The notes: a model not told the origin generated them from the sequence alone. A stretch of 64,000 nt of DNA from Dehalococcoidia bacterium (GCA_965207895.1 CBDBNN010000003.1:451755-515754); one strand, 5' to 3'; shown: positions 1 through 10,065, counted from the stretch's first letter. A program made the numbers and translations.

Positions 1-39
1 ACGGCAAGTCCGATAGCGCATCAAAGCCCGACAAGAAGG

Positions 40-804
40 GTGTTTCTCGTTCCCCACGCCGACAACGCGCAGGCGCGGCAGCGGACACCACGTAGACCAT
101 CCATGCCTGAAGCCGCTGGACCTGAGGTCGCGACGGGAGCGTCACTCCTCGACGAATTGATCCTGACCTATATCCCCGAAAGCCTCCCGTGGTGGCTCGC
201 CTGGCCGTTCGTGGCCCTCGGCCTCGCGCTCTGCTTGCTCGGTTACTACGCCTATCGGTTGGTCGTTGCGCTCGCGGCGGGCGTGTCCGGCGGCGCGGTG
301 GTTGTAATTTTTGGACCGGACCTGCTTGCGCTGGAGGGAACGGCGCTGCTGACGACGGCGGGTGGGGCGGGAATCATCCTGCTTGTTCTTGGATCAGTCT
401 TCTATCGCGCGTCCGTCTTCGTGGTCGGCACGGGAATCGGCTTCGGAATCGGCGCCGTGTTCTGGATCCTGGTATCAGGTGACGTGGAGCCGGGCGGCGG
501 AGGACTGACGCTCAGCGGATGGAATCGATTCCAGATATTTGTCGGCTCCCTTATCCCGGGGATTGTCATCGGCATCATCTTCCTGAACTGGGAGCGCCGG
601 TTGATGACGTTGAGCGCCGTGATCATTGGAGCGGGCCTCATGCTGTTTGGACTGCGGTACAGCGGGCTGCCCCTGGGCGTCCGTGAATGGACGCCCTTGC
701 TCGCAGGCGCGGCTATCACCGCCGGCCTCTGGCTAGGCCTGAGGGGCGAGAGTGAAGAGCCTGACGAGCTGGATGAGTCGGATTACTCCTACACGTATCA
801 TTGA
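40..804 (+). CDS. hypothetical integral membrane protein
   Basis: Long ORF with several hydrophobic Gly/Ala/Ile-rich predicted TM segments (WWLAWPFVALGLALCLLGYYAY, IGFGIGAVFWILV). No recognisable family. The true start may be the internal Met near 103. Confidence 0.4.
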   Translation: MFLVPHADNAQARQRTPRRPSMPEAAGPEVATGASLLDELILTYIPESLPWWLAWPFVALGLALCLLGYYAYRLVVALAAGVSGGAVVVIFGPDLLALEGTALLTTAGGAGIILLVLGSVFYRASVFVVGTGIGFGIGAVFWILVSGDVEPGGGGLTLSGWNRFQIFVGSLIPGIVIGIIFLNWERRLMTLSAVIIGAGLMLFGLRYSGLPLGVREWTPLLAGAAITAGLWLGLRGESEEPDELDESDYSYTYH

Positions 805-812
805 CCGCCACA

Positions 813-1469
813 ATGCCCCCACGCATCCTGCTGGGATCGACGAACCCCGCCAAGATTGACCGCCTCCGCGACTGCCTTGAGGGATGGGCGTTCGACTTCG
901 TAACCGTCAAGGAACTGCCGCCGCACGAGCCGCCGGAAGAAACGGGTCACTCACATCTGGAGATTGCCGAGACGAAAGCGGTCGACTGGGCGAAGATCAG
1001 CGGCGGTCTGGCAATAGCCTCCGACGGCGGCATCGATATTCCCGCGCTGGGCCCAAACTGGGACAGCCTGCTGACGCGGCGCGCGGCGGGCGAGGACGCC
1101 ACGGACGAGGATCGAATCCGGCATCTGCTGGCTCTGATGGAGCATCTGCACACCGACGCGGAACGTGAGGCCACGTGGAGGGAGGCCCTTGCAATAGCCT
1201 CGCCGTCCGGCATCCTCCAAACGTGGGAGGTCGTGGGCCCGACGGGCGTCATACGAAATGAACCGTCCTCAAAACGCATCAAGGGATTTTGGCTCGCGGG
1301 CCTTTGGTATATCCCGGCCCTTGGCAAGACTTACACGGAACTTTCGGTTGAGGAACTCAGGCCTGCAAGAGACCCGTGGCTACGGCTGAAGTCGCAGATT
1401 CAGACGTGGCTTGCGGGCGGGGGATATGAAACACTGCACACTCATTCTGGCAACCCTACTGAATCCTGA
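813..1469 (+). CDS. Ham1/RdgB-like non-canonical purine NTP pyrophosphatase family protein
   Basis: ILLGSTNPAKIDRL resembles the N-terminal TxNxxKxxE motif and ASDGGIDIPALG resembles the DDSGLxxDALxGxPG loop of Ham1/RdgB. Start moved to the internal ATG (MPPRILL). Confidence 0.5.
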   Translation: MPPRILLGSTNPAKIDRLRDCLEGWAFDFVTVKELPPHEPPEETGHSHLEIAETKAVDWAKISGGLAIASDGGIDIPALGPNWDSLLTRRAAGEDATDEDRIRHLLALMEHLHTDAEREATWREALAIASPSGILQTWEVVGPTGVIRNEPSSKRIKGFWLAGLWYIPALGKTYTELSVEELRPARDPWLRLKSQIQTWLAGGGYETLHTHSGNPTES

Positions 1470-2404
1470 CTCATCGCCACCAGGCCGTCTTTCTCCAGTG
1501 CGGCCAGCAGTTCCCGCAGCCACTCTGAGTGTAGAGCGGGGGTGTAGTCGTCTCTAGCTAGTGCTCCGAGGTCGTCCAGCGGTATTGCGCCGTTTGAGTG
1601 GTTGCGGAGGGCTTCGACGATGCGGCCGCGGTAGTAGCGTGTCGTTCCGACCCAGCCTTGCTGTGATTGACGAGGCCGCTCGGCGACCTTGAGCGATGGC
1701 AACGTATCGGAAAGCTCTGCATATCGGATCTGCGGCTCGTTTGCGCCGTCGAACAGCGGCCTTGCCGCGCAGAGGTCATTGACTGGACATTCGCCGCACT
1801 TGGGGCGACGTGCTGAGCAGACGGTCGCGCCGAGGTCCATCAGGGCCTGATGCCAGGCCGATGCGCGTACGCCGTCTGATGGGACTGCTGCCTCCGCGAG
1901 CGTCCAACCGACAGCGGCGTCAACGTCACTTTGACCTGCTATCAGCCTGCCCAGCACGCGGCGGATATTGGTGTCCATCACAGGGACAGGTCGTTGGAAA
2001 GCAAAGCAGGTAATCGCTGAGGCGGTATAGCGGCCAATGCCGGGGAGTTCTTGAAGGGTTTGGGGATCATTGGGAACGTGGCCGCCGTATTCGTCAATGA
2101 TGGCCCGCGCTGCGCGTTGGAGGTTGATGGCGCGGCGGTTGTAGCCCATCCCACTCCATGCTCGGATCACGTCTGACACCGACGCATCCGCCAGCGCCTG
2201 AAGCGTCGGGAATCGCTCAAGGAATGCTGAATACACCGGTAGCACGCGCCCGACTCCGGTTTGTTGAAGCATGAACTCCGCGACCATGGCGTGGTAGGGA
2301 TCGTCCGTCCTGCGCCACGGAAGATCGCGGCCATGTTTGCGGTACCACGCGAGCAGCCGACGGCGCAGTTTGGTCAAAGTTGGCCCTGTCAATTTGGGCA
2401 CCAA
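1442..2404 (-). CDS. HhH-GPD family base-excision DNA glycosylase with 4Fe-4S cluster (MutY/endonuclease III-like)
   Basis: Helix-hairpin-helix motif LQELPGIGRYTASAI, catalytic region VMDTNIRRV and a C-x6-C-x2-C-x5-C cluster (CSARRPKCGECPVNDLC). The C-terminal region does not look like a NUDIX domain, so a MutY assignment is tentative. Confidence 0.8.
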   Translation of the reverse strand: MVPKLTGPTLTKLRRRLLAWYRKHGRDLPWRRTDDPYHAMVAEFMLQQTGVGRVLPVYSAFLERFPTLQALADASVSDVIRAWSGMGYNRRAINLQRAARAIIDEYGGHVPNDPQTLQELPGIGRYTASAITCFAFQRPVPVMDTNIRRVLGRLIAGQSDVDAAVGWTLAEAAVPSDGVRASAWHQALMDLGATVCSARRPKCGECPVNDLCAARPLFDGANEPQIRYAELSDTLPSLKVAERPRQSQQGWVGTTRYYRGRIVEALRNHSNGAIPLDDLGALARDDYTPALHSEWLRELLAALEKDGLVAMSQDSVGLPE

Positions 2405-2464
2405 AGCCGGAACGCGGGATGAGAACTGTAGAAGGCGATCATTTCTGATCGCGAACCGGGAAAA

Positions 2465-2832
2465 TTAATCGTAGCCGAGGTCATGCAGGTGGTCTTCCGA
2501 AAAGCCGAGGTGGTGGGCAAGCTCGTGAAGCACCGTCTTACGTATCTCCTCCACCGTCTCGGCAGGGGGCAGTCGCAGCGCCTCGAGTGGTTTCTGAAAG
2601 ATGGTGATTTTGTCCGGCGCGACCATGTTGTAGCCCGTTCCGCGATCCGGCAGGGCAATGCCCTCGTAGAGCCCAAGCAGGCCGTGTCGATTCCGAATAT
2701 CGTTGTCTTCCATCTGCTCCGGCGATGGCCAATCCTGGATGATGATGGCGACGTTATCCAGCCCCGCCTCGATCTCCGGGGGCAGCGAATCCAGTGCCTG
2801 CCCAACCAGCTCTTCAAATTGTTCTGTATCCA
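2465..2832 (-). CDS. putative zinc metallopeptidase (DUF1025-like, HExxH)
   Basis: HELAHHLGF zinc-binding motif near the C-terminus. Start placed at the internal ATG (MDTEQFEEL). Confidence 0.55.
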
Positions 2833-2960
2833 TATGTAGACGGTACCACCCAACCCGCTGCGCCTCACCCCCAAAAGTGCTATCGTGTACTGGCTGGTAT
2901 CGACACAAGCGTATAGGTTCCTCTTGCCGCAAGAGGGAAACCGACTGAAGGAGTGGGGCG

Positions 2961-3392
2961 ATGACAGAGGGGCAGACGATACCGAAGCCGGTTCCGACGC
3001 CGGATCAGGTCACAGAGCCGTTCTGGGAGGCCACCAAAGAGGGCAGGCTGATGATTCAGCGTTGCGTGACCTGTGGCGATCGCTTCTTCTACCCGCGCGA
3101 GCGGTGCCCCAGTTGCCTCTCCGGTGACCTGGAATGGGGCGACGTTAGCGGCAAGGGACGTATCTACAGCTTCATTGTTGTGCGGCAGCCCGGCCATCCC
3201 GGGTTCAATGACGAGGTCCCCTACATATACGCCGTCATCACGCTTGATGAGGATGTCCGCATGAACGGGAACGTCAAGGGCATCGACATCGAGGCCTGTG
3301 AGATTGATATGCCCGTGGAGGTCTACTTCGAGGAGCGCGGCGACCAGATGCTGCCGCAGTGGAAACCCCTCGGCGCGCCCGATCCGTCCTAA
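2961..3392 (+). CDS. DUF35-type Zn-ribbon/OB-fold protein
   Basis: C-x2-C ... C-x2-C zinc ribbon (CVTCGDRFFYPRERCPSC) followed by an OB-fold-like region. Typical of the DUF35 proteins that partner with thiolase/SCP-x-like enzymes. Confidence 0.65.
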   Translation: MTEGQTIPKPVPTPDQVTEPFWEATKEGRLMIQRCVTCGDRFFYPRERCPSCLSGDLEWGDVSGKGRIYSFIVVRQPGHPGFNDEVPYIYAVITLDEDVRMNGNVKGIDIEACEIDMPVEVYFEERGDQMLPQWKPLGAPDPS

Positions 3393-3498
3393 TAAGCCGC
3401 TCGCCCTGAGCCTGTCGAAGGGCGGCCCCCTGCCCGTCATTCTGGCCGTAGGCCAGAATCTGATGCGCATTGTGCGGCTAAATCTGCCCTAATAAGCC
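3388..3498. repeat. ~100-bp segment bounded by 11-bp direct repeats (cctaataagcc) between two convergent genes, containing a 9-bp perfect hairpin
   Basis: cctaataagcc at 3388-3398 and 3488-3498. Each copy overlaps a stop codon (plus-strand gene and minus-strand gene). Internal cattctggcc gta ggccagaat inverted repeat. Confidence 0.4.
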
Positions 3499-4031
3499 AA
3501 ACTCGTTAGCGGCAGGATTTCAGCCGCTGCTTGACTGTCCTCGATGGTGAGGATTCCGACGTGGCCCGGCTCGCGGATGTTGCGTGGCAGGGCCGGACTG
3601 CCCGGGTTGACGATCAGTACTCCTGATTCCGTGCGCTCCACGTGAGCGACGTGCGTGTCGCCGCACACGATCACGTTCACCGGCCCGCCGAAATTGCGCT
3701 CCATCAGTGCCTCTGTCGTGATCCACGGCGTTTCTGCCGGCAGCGGGAACCCGTGAATAAGACCGACGCTGACTCCCTCTGCCTCCACGACGTGGGCGTG
3801 TTTGACGCGGGGATCATCGTCCGGGAACGGCGGTCGAAACCCGTCGCCGTCGCCATTGCCCCGCGCGCCAATGACAGGCGCGATAACTTCCAGCCAATCC
3901 AGAACGTCGATGATGTGCATATCGCCGCCATGCATGACCATGTCGACGCCGGCAAGCAGATCGAACACCTCGCCGGGCATTCGCTCCCCGGCCTCCGGCA
4001 CGTGTGTGTCTGAAATCAGGCCGATGCGCAT
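3489..4031 (-). CDS. YfcE/MJ0936-type metallophosphoesterase
   Basis: MRIGLISDTHVP ... GGDMHI ... IVCGDTHV metal-ligand motifs of the calcineurin-like phosphoesterase fold. Confidence 0.75.
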   Translation of the reverse strand: MRIGLISDTHVPEAGERMPGEVFDLLAGVDMVMHGGDMHIIDVLDWLEVIAPVIGARGNGDGDGFRPPFPDDDPRVKHAHVVEAEGVSVGLIHGFPLPAETPWITTEALMERNFGGPVNVIVCGDTHVAHVERTESGVLIVNPGSPALPRNIREPGHVGILTIEDSQAAAEILPLTSLAY

Positions 4032-4173
4032 CTATTTGTCCCGACCACCTTTCCCTCTCATTGAGACTACCAGCGCCAGTGTTGTTGACCATGCTGATGA
4101 ACCGATTCAAAATAGAAGAGAATGTCCAGCTAGCCCAACTGATCGTCTACCTTGCCACCAAGGAAATCAAGGC

Positions 4174-6534
4174 TTGCAACTCACCGACGAACAGAAGCAG
4201 ATTATTGCACATCCAGATGGATATCACGCCAAAGTCCTGTCGGTTGCTGGCTCTGGCAAGACAACTACGATGGCATACCGTATCAAACACCTGCTTGAAG
4301 AGAGGCAAGTTAGCCCAAAACAAATCCGGGTCTTGATGTTCAATCGAAATGCCAGAGAACAATTCGAGGCGAAACTTAGAGAGATAGGCATTCCAACTGG
4401 GCAAGGCCCACGGGTTGGAACTTTCCACAGCTATGCCCTCGAAGGAATTCGGGATGTATCCTACGTCCGCTGGTTCGACCAAGCACTACAGGAAGTGGCT
4501 CATCTAGAGCTTCGGAAAGCAGTCGACCTTGTGAGACGAAAGCTCCAACTGGACGAAGATGACTTGGACATAGGAGAAGCCGAACGAGCCATTTCTCTCT
4601 GGAAGAGTGAGTTGATTCCACCATCCCGGGCCGGATACCGTGGCAATCTTGGTGACGCATACGTGGCAATCTATAAAGACTTTGAGAGACGAAGAGGAGA
4701 TGTCAATGCCATCACATTCGACGATTTTGTCCCGCTCGCGATCAACAGACTTGAAAGTGATCAGTTGAGACGTCAGTCATTTGTGACCGGGGTGAATTAC
4801 ATCATTGTGGATGAATACCAAGACGTGAATTATGGTCAACAGAGACTGATCGAAATACTCGCGGGCAGCGGTGCCGATGTGATGGTTGTCGGCGACGATG
4901 ATCAGACCATTTACGAATGGCGTGGTGCTCGCAGTGACTACATTCTAGGCGAGTTCGATGCTGTATTCAGTAACAAACCGCACGGCCGGTATAAGCTGAC
5001 CAACTCCTTTCGTTTTGGGTACCTCATAGCTCAGTCCAGCTACAACGTCATTTCGCATAATGCGGAGCGTCTCGCCAAGGATGTACTTTCGAGCAAACCC
5101 GACGAGGATTCTAATATCGGAACATTTGTCGATTCACAGAATGGGGGCGGCGATTCAAATCGTGGTCTGGCAGAAGAGATAGTTACTTTGGTGAAGGCCA
5201 AGGGTGTTGCGCCTCCGGATATTCGTGTACTGGGGCGTACTTACGCGCAGCTCAGCGGCCTTCAGGCAGAACTCTTGCTCGGGAAAGTTCCATTCAGAGT
5301 CATTGGTCAGACATCCTTCCTACAGTCTAAGGAATGTATCTCCCTGCTCGACTATTTGCGGGTTGCGGCAGTGATTCATGAAGTACCAACTCAGATAACC
5401 CGGGACCAGTTCGTCAATATCGCTAACAAGCCACGCCGTTATTTGGCCCGACACGATCTTGAGAGAATGATAGATGAAGCAAGACTGACGAACATCTCCC
5501 TGTCAGAACACATAAATCTCGTGTTGGAAAAAGGCGAAGCATTCACCAATGCGCGTCAGCTCAGGAATTTGACAGAGATGAGAGATGTGCTGGGAGACCT
5601 TTACCAGATGCTGAATGGTCTGAAACCCGGTGCAAAGGTCGAATTGAGCGAACCCATAGGTACCTCATCGAAAATATCAGGGAATAAGACAACGTCTACT
5701 CAGGAGCCAAAAGTCGGCCCAATACTGACGTGGTTGGACGAGAGAGTTGGATTCCGGGAACACTACGAGGACTACTACGGAAGCGGTGAAGCTTCACTTG
5801 AACGTGTCGGCAATCTTAATGCTCTGATTAGTTATGCAGTGCGGCAAGAGGTCGGTTGGCGAGAATTCCTCAACCAGATGGAACAGGCTGATACAACCCT
5901 GGGCTTGCCTGACGACCACTGCATCCTGATGACCACCATTCATAGGGTCAAGGGTCTTGAGTTTGACTATGTGATCATTCCCAACTGTCAGGAAGGCCAC
6001 ATGCCTGTAATCCTTGGAAACGATGACCCGACCTACGATAAGAGCAATGAGAGACAAAAGCCCAAGCAAGCGGAATGGATTGAGAATGAGCGTCGATTGT
6101 TCTATGTCGGCGCTACACGCGCCAAAAAAACACTACTAATCGGCTCGCCGACGATTCCTTCAGGGGGCAAGAACAACTCAACTGGCACCTCATCCGATAC
6201 TGCAGTCAAGTCATCGCGATTTATTGAGGAGATGGAGCTGGAGCCAACGCGCGCAGTGGCCGAAGAACTGTTGAGGGCAGCTCGGGGGGAGTCTGACAAC
6301 AAATTAGCGGATGTTCTACAGGGACTCCCCGGTTATCACCTCATACTAAGCACGGCCAAGAGCTTTTATTCGCAATTCTTCTCTGCTAAGGACAAACAAC
6401 GTCTGGAAAGGGTCAAGATTGGGTCAGCCGAAAGGCCGTTCAGGTACAAGCAGGCTTACGATTCCCCCGAGAAGACTAAACCCAATGATGATGAAGGGAA
6501 CCGTCAGATTTGGGGCCACCTTGACCTCGACTGA
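4174..6534 (+). CDS. UvrD/Rep/PcrA-family SF1 DNA helicase
   Basis: Motif I AGSGKTT, motif II IIVDEYQD, motif III GDDDQTIYEWRGA, motif V TIHRVKGLEFD, motif VI YVGATRA. Start reassigned to the TTG at 4174 (MQLTDEQKQII), preceded by AAGGAAA. The ORF-track N-terminus is read-through over the convergent upstream gene. The gene sits on a visibly AT-richer segment. Confidence 0.85.
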   Translation: MQLTDEQKQIIAHPDGYHAKVLSVAGSGKTTTMAYRIKHLLEERQVSPKQIRVLMFNRNAREQFEAKLREIGIPTGQGPRVGTFHSYALEGIRDVSYVRWFDQALQEVAHLELRKAVDLVRRKLQLDEDDLDIGEAERAISLWKSELIPPSRAGYRGNLGDAYVAIYKDFERRRGDVNAITFDDFVPLAINRLESDQLRRQSFVTGVNYIIVDEYQDVNYGQQRLIEILAGSGADVMVVGDDDQTIYEWRGARSDYILGEFDAVFSNKPHGRYKLTNSFRFGYLIAQSSYNVISHNAERLAKDVLSSKPDEDSNIGTFVDSQNGGGDSNRGLAEEIVTLVKAKGVAPPDIRVLGRTYAQLSGLQAELLLGKVPFRVIGQTSFLQSKECISLLDYLRVAAVIHEVPTQITRDQFVNIANKPRRYLARHDLERMIDEARLTNISLSEHINLVLEKGEAFTNARQLRNLTEMRDVLGDLYQMLNGLKPGAKVELSEPIGTSSKISGNKTTSTQEPKVGPILTWLDERVGFREHYEDYYGSGEASLERVGNLNALISYAVRQEVGWREFLNQMEQADTTLGLPDDHCILMTTIHRVKGLEFDYVIIPNCQEGHMPVILGNDDPTYDKSNERQKPKQAEWIENERRLFYVGATRAKKTLLIGSPTIPSGGKNNSTGTSSDTAVKSSRFIEEMELEPTRAVAEELLRAARGESDNKLADVLQGLPGYHLILSTAKSFYSQFFSAKDKQRLERVKIGSAERPFRYKQAYDSPEKTKPNDDEGNRQIWGHLDLD

Positions 6535-6589
6535 CCTAACAGCCTGAACGGAAGCGTTGTGCTATCTCCTGCTGAAGCTTATCCACCGC

Positions 6590-7318
6590 CTACGGCAGAA
6601 TAATCCCACCCGGCGAGACGCCCGGTGTTTGCGAGTCCGCCGGGGGCAGGACACGGGCGACCCACTGTGAGAGGTCCCGCAGCTCCGTCGGAGTGATCTC
6701 ATGGCCTGCACCGGCGTATTCGTTGTAAATCAGGTCGCCGTAGCCCCACACCTCCAGTTGTGCGTGGGCAATCCGGCCCCGGTCGATCGGCACGACTTGG
6801 TCCTGGTCGCCGTGGCCGACGAAGATGGGCTGCGTCCGCTCCTCAGGCAGTTGGGCGGCAAGCTCTTCCATGTCGCTGATGGAGGCACTGAGCGCGCCTA
6901 TGCCTGCGAACACGTCGGGCCGGGGCAGGCCGTAGCGATAGGCCAGCCCGCCCCCCTGTGAGAAGCCGATAATCAGGATTTTGCCCGGCTCAAGCTTGTA
7001 CGGCTCGCGCATTTCCTCCATGAAGGCGTTAAAGGCCTCCTCCGTGCGCTTTGCCTCCTCCGGGTCATTGAAGCCGCCCGGCGTCGTCCAGCCGAAGCCG
7101 ATCTGCCCTCCGCCGATGTCCAGGGGAACCATGCCGTTCGGGCAGAGATATACGTAGCCCGTCTGGTGGATCGCGGGGGCGAGGCCCGCAAGGTCGTACA
7201 TGCTTGCGCCGAACCCATGCACAAGGATGACGACAGGATAGGAACGCGACTCGTCATAGTCCGTGGGGGTGATGCTGACGTAGTTGAGGGCGTTGCCCTC
7301 GTTTGCCGTTCCCTCCAA
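6590..7318 (-). CDS. alpha/beta hydrolase, phospholipase/carboxylesterase family
   Basis: Nucleophile elbow GFSQGG and downstream HG...D/H residues characteristic of esterase/lipase alpha/beta hydrolases. Confidence 0.7.
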   Translation of the reverse strand: MEGTANEGNALNYVSITPTDYDESRSYPVVILVHGFGASMYDLAGLAPAIHQTGYVYLCPNGMVPLDIGGGQIGFGWTTPGGFNDPEEAKRTEEAFNAFMEEMREPYKLEPGKILIIGFSQGGGLAYRYGLPRPDVFAGIGALSASISDMEELAAQLPEERTQPIFVGHGDQDQVVPIDRGRIAHAQLEVWGYGDLIYNEYAGAGHEITPTELRDLSQWVARVLPPADSQTPGVSPGGIILP

Positions 7319-7335
7319 CGGGCCGCTCCCTTCCT

Positions 7336-8334
7336 CTAGTCGCCGCGACGCGCAGCCCTGCGCGTGCGCGAGGCCAACTCACGGGCCAACAGCAGCGCTC
7401 CGCGCAGGCCGTTGTCGTCCCCGAGTTCCGTCACTTCAAATCGGACAGTGCGGTTCTGCAGCTTGAACGCCCGCTCCCTGGCAACGCTGATTCCGTGTTT
7501 CACGTATTCATCCTGGCCGCGGGCAAGTCCGCCACCAAGCACAATCAACTCCGGGTTGAATATGTTGACGATGTTGGCAAGGCCGACGCCCAGAGCGTAG
7601 CCAGCCTCATCAACTACGGTGCGAGCAAGGTCATCATCCTGAGCTGCAGCGTCGAAGACATCGCGCGCCGTTATGCTTTCGCTGCCCTCTGCTGCCACCT
7701 TTTCAGCGAGAATCGAATCGCCGCCAGCCTCGATCCGCATGCGGGCCATACGCGCGACGGCCGTTCCGGAGGCCATCGCTTCGAAGCAGCCGGACGACAG
7801 CCCACACGGGCACTGGATGCCAGTGTTCATGCTGATTGTCATGTGTCCGAACTCGCCCGCTGCCCCGGCGATGCCGCGCAGCAGCTTGCCGCCGGAGATG
7901 ATGCCGCCGCCGATGCCTGTGCTGATGGTCAGGTAGATCATCTCTGTCGTGCCGCGCCCCGCGCCCATCTGGTGGACGGCGTGCGCAGCGGCAGTGGCGT
8001 CATTTTCGATCTCGATGGGGATGTTCAGTCGCTCCTTGAGCGCGTCTGCCATCGCGAACTCGCGCACCATCGGCAGGTTCGGCGATTCAACGATGACACC
8101 GCTTGCCGTGTCCACCGTGCCCGCGCAGGCCACGACTCCGGCGACTATTTCGCCGTTCGTCCTGGCGATAAGGTCATGGGCGGCCTCAACGATGCCGTCG
8201 ATGAGCAGTTTGGGGTCAGAGCGGGCGGGAGATGAGAACACAGTGCGCCGCATGGCTCCGCGTGGCCTGCGAGCGATTGCGACCCGTGTTTGGGTTCCCC
8301 CAATATCAACACCGAGCAGGTACGGGTTGGCCAT
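7336..8334 (-). CDS. ROK family sugar kinase/regulator (glucokinase-like)
   Basis: N-terminal LGVDIGGTQTRVA ATP-binding motif and CPCGLSSGCFE zinc motif typical of ROK proteins. Confidence 0.8.
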   Translation of the reverse strand: MANPYLLGVDIGGTQTRVAIARRPRGAMRRTVFSSPARSDPKLLIDGIVEAAHDLIARTNGEIVAGVVACAGTVDTASGVIVESPNLPMVREFAMADALKERLNIPIEIENDATAAAHAVHQMGAGRGTTEMIYLTISTGIGGGIISGGKLLRGIAGAAGEFGHMTISMNTGIQCPCGLSSGCFEAMASGTAVARMARMRIEAGGDSILAEKVAAEGSESITARDVFDAAAQDDDLARTVVDEAGYALGVGLANIVNIFNPELIVLGGGLARGQDEYVKHGISVARERAFKLQNRTVRFEVTELGDDNGLRGALLLARELASRTRRAARRGD

Positions 8335-8425
8335 AATTGTGCGCGCTCTCGCTGCCTAATGCTGACGATGGGGGCTGTTGTGCCTGACTGGCGTCCTTGC
8401 TCGTGCAGTTCGACTCTAAAGAACC

Positions 8426-8504
8426 TGGCGACCCGGACGGGATTTGAACCCGTGATCTCTGCCGTGACAGGGCAGTATGTTAAGCCAGACTACACCACCG
8501 GGCC
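8426..8504 (-). tRNA. tRNA-Asp (GTC)
   Basis: Cloverleaf read by eye on the minus strand: acceptor GGCCCGG/CCGGGTC, anticodon stem CTGCC/GGCAG with loop CTGTCAC, T arm ACGGG-TTCAAAT-CCCGT, encoded CCA. Confidence 0.8.
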
Positions 8505-8517
8505 GCGCTTGCTCATG

Positions 8518-10065
8518 CTACGAACGTGCCAATTCCGTGTCAAGAAGAGCCGACGCTGCCGCGCGCGTCCTCGCCGCCGATCGATCCCGCCCGAGTGCTT
8601 CAAGCGTGACGAACAGTGGCGGCGCCGCTGTCCGCCCCGTTGTGGCGACGCGTATTGCGCCAAACAACTTGCGGCCGGACGTGCCAAGCTCTTCCACGAG
8701 TGCCCTGAAACGCGTCTCAATCGACTCATGATTCCACGGTTCGATCTTTTCAATGGCATTGGCGGCGGAGTTCAGCCACTCATGGACTACGTTCGCGTCA
8801 TCCGGCAATGAAATCTTCCACAGGTTCTCATTTGCGTCCGCCAAACGCTTCATTGCCTTGTCGCCCATCCCGGCCCAGATGAGCGCAGGAGGGAATGAGA
8901 CCTCATCAGTGAAGAAGAAGTCAGCCAGGTCCGGCAATTCACTCAGCACGCGCGCGCGATCCTGCGTCAGCGTGGCTGCTTGCCGGGCGAGTTCATTATC
9001 GAGCGGCCGGGCAATCTCGGGCGGCAGACCGCTATCCAGGTACGGGCGCGACGCCTCCACAAACGTCTCCGGCGCCATCTCGCGGATGTACACGCCGTTC
9101 AGCCATTCCAGCTTCTCGCGGTCGAACATTGCCGGTGAGGCCGAGACGCGGTCAAGCGAGAACCCCGCAATTAGTTCGTCTCGCGTCATCTGCGTCGTCT
9201 TGTCGTCCAGTGACCAACCTAAAAGGGCCAGGAAATTCAGCATCGCCTCGGGCAAGAATCCCTCATCACGGTAGTCGAGCAGCGAGACAGAGCCGTGCCG
9301 CTTGGACAACTTTGTCCGGTCTGAACCGAGAATCAGTGGAAGGTGCGCGAACACGGGTGGCGTATAGCCAAACGCCTCATAGATCATGGCGTGGCGCGGG
9401 GCGGATGACATCCACTCATCGCCGCGTATCACGTGCGTGATGGCCATAGCGACGTCATCCACCACGTTGGCGAGATGATAGGTGGGGAACCCGTCCGACT
9501 TGAGGATGACGAAATCGTCGATGAGCCGGTTCTCCCATGAAACATCACCCCGGATGATGTCCGTGAACGTTGTTCGTCCGCTGAGGGGAGTCTTGAAGCG
9601 TACGACGCGATGCTCGCTGTTCTCCGCCTCCTCCCGAGCGCGTTCCTCCGCGCTCAGGTTGCGGCAGCGGCGGTCATAGCCTGTGGGCACATTTCGTTTC
9701 TGCTGCGCGGCGCGGATTGCATCCAGCCTCTCAGGGGTGCAGTAGCAATAGTAGGCCGCGTCCAACTCGACGAGCCGCTCAGCCGCTACGCCGTAGCCCT
9801 CAAGCCGCTGCGACTGCACGTACGGCCCGTAGGGGCCGCCGATGTCCGGCCCTTCATCCCATTCAATGCCGAGCCATCGGAGGGAATCGAGAATCCGCTC
9901 CTCGCTGCCCGGGATGCGCCGCTCCTGGTCGGTGTCCTCAATCCGCACCGCGAAAACGCCGCCTGTGCTGCGCGCAAAGAGCCAGGCGAACAGCGCGCTC
10001 CGGATGTTGCCGACGTGCGGATCTCCCGTCGGGCTTGGCGCGTAGCGTGTTCGCGTCTCTGACAT
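8518..10065 (-). CDS. gltX: glutamate--tRNA ligase
   Basis: Class I HIGH motif HVGNIRSALF and KLSKRHG (KMSKS) motif. Length and overall layout of GluRS. Confidence 0.95.
   Translation of the reverse strand: MSETRTRYAPSPTGDPHVGNIRSALFAWLFARSTGGVFAVRIEDTDQERRIPGSEERILDSLRWLGIEWDEGPDIGGPYGPYVQSQRLEGYGVAAERLVELDAAYYCYCTPERLDAIRAAQQKRNVPTGYDRRCRNLSAEERAREEAENSEHRVVRFKTPLSGRTTFTDIIRGDVSWENRLIDDFVILKSDGFPTYHLANVVDDVAMAITHVIRGDEWMSSAPRHAMIYEAFGYTPPVFAHLPLILGSDRTKLSKRHGSVSLLDYRDEGFLPEAMLNFLALLGWSLDDKTTQMTRDELIAGFSLDRVSASPAMFDREKLEWLNGVYIREMAPETFVEASRPYLDSGLPPEIARPLDNELARQAATLTQDRARVLSELPDLADFFFTDEVSFPPALIWAGMGDKAMKRLADANENLWKISLPDDANVVHEWLNSAANAIEKIEPWNHESIETRFRALVEELGTSGRKLFGAIRVATTGRTAAPPLFVTLEALGRDRSAARTRAAASALLDTELARS

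Noticed and set aside
3802-4173. N-terminal 124 codons of the track ORF 3802-6534
   Set aside because: Read-through across the convergent metallophosphoesterase gene. The helicase homology starts only at about 4174 (LTDEQKQII), where a TTG start with an RBS is present.
7303-8235. 310-aa plus-strand ORF
   Set aside because: Antisense to the ROK kinase gene, with low-complexity composition.
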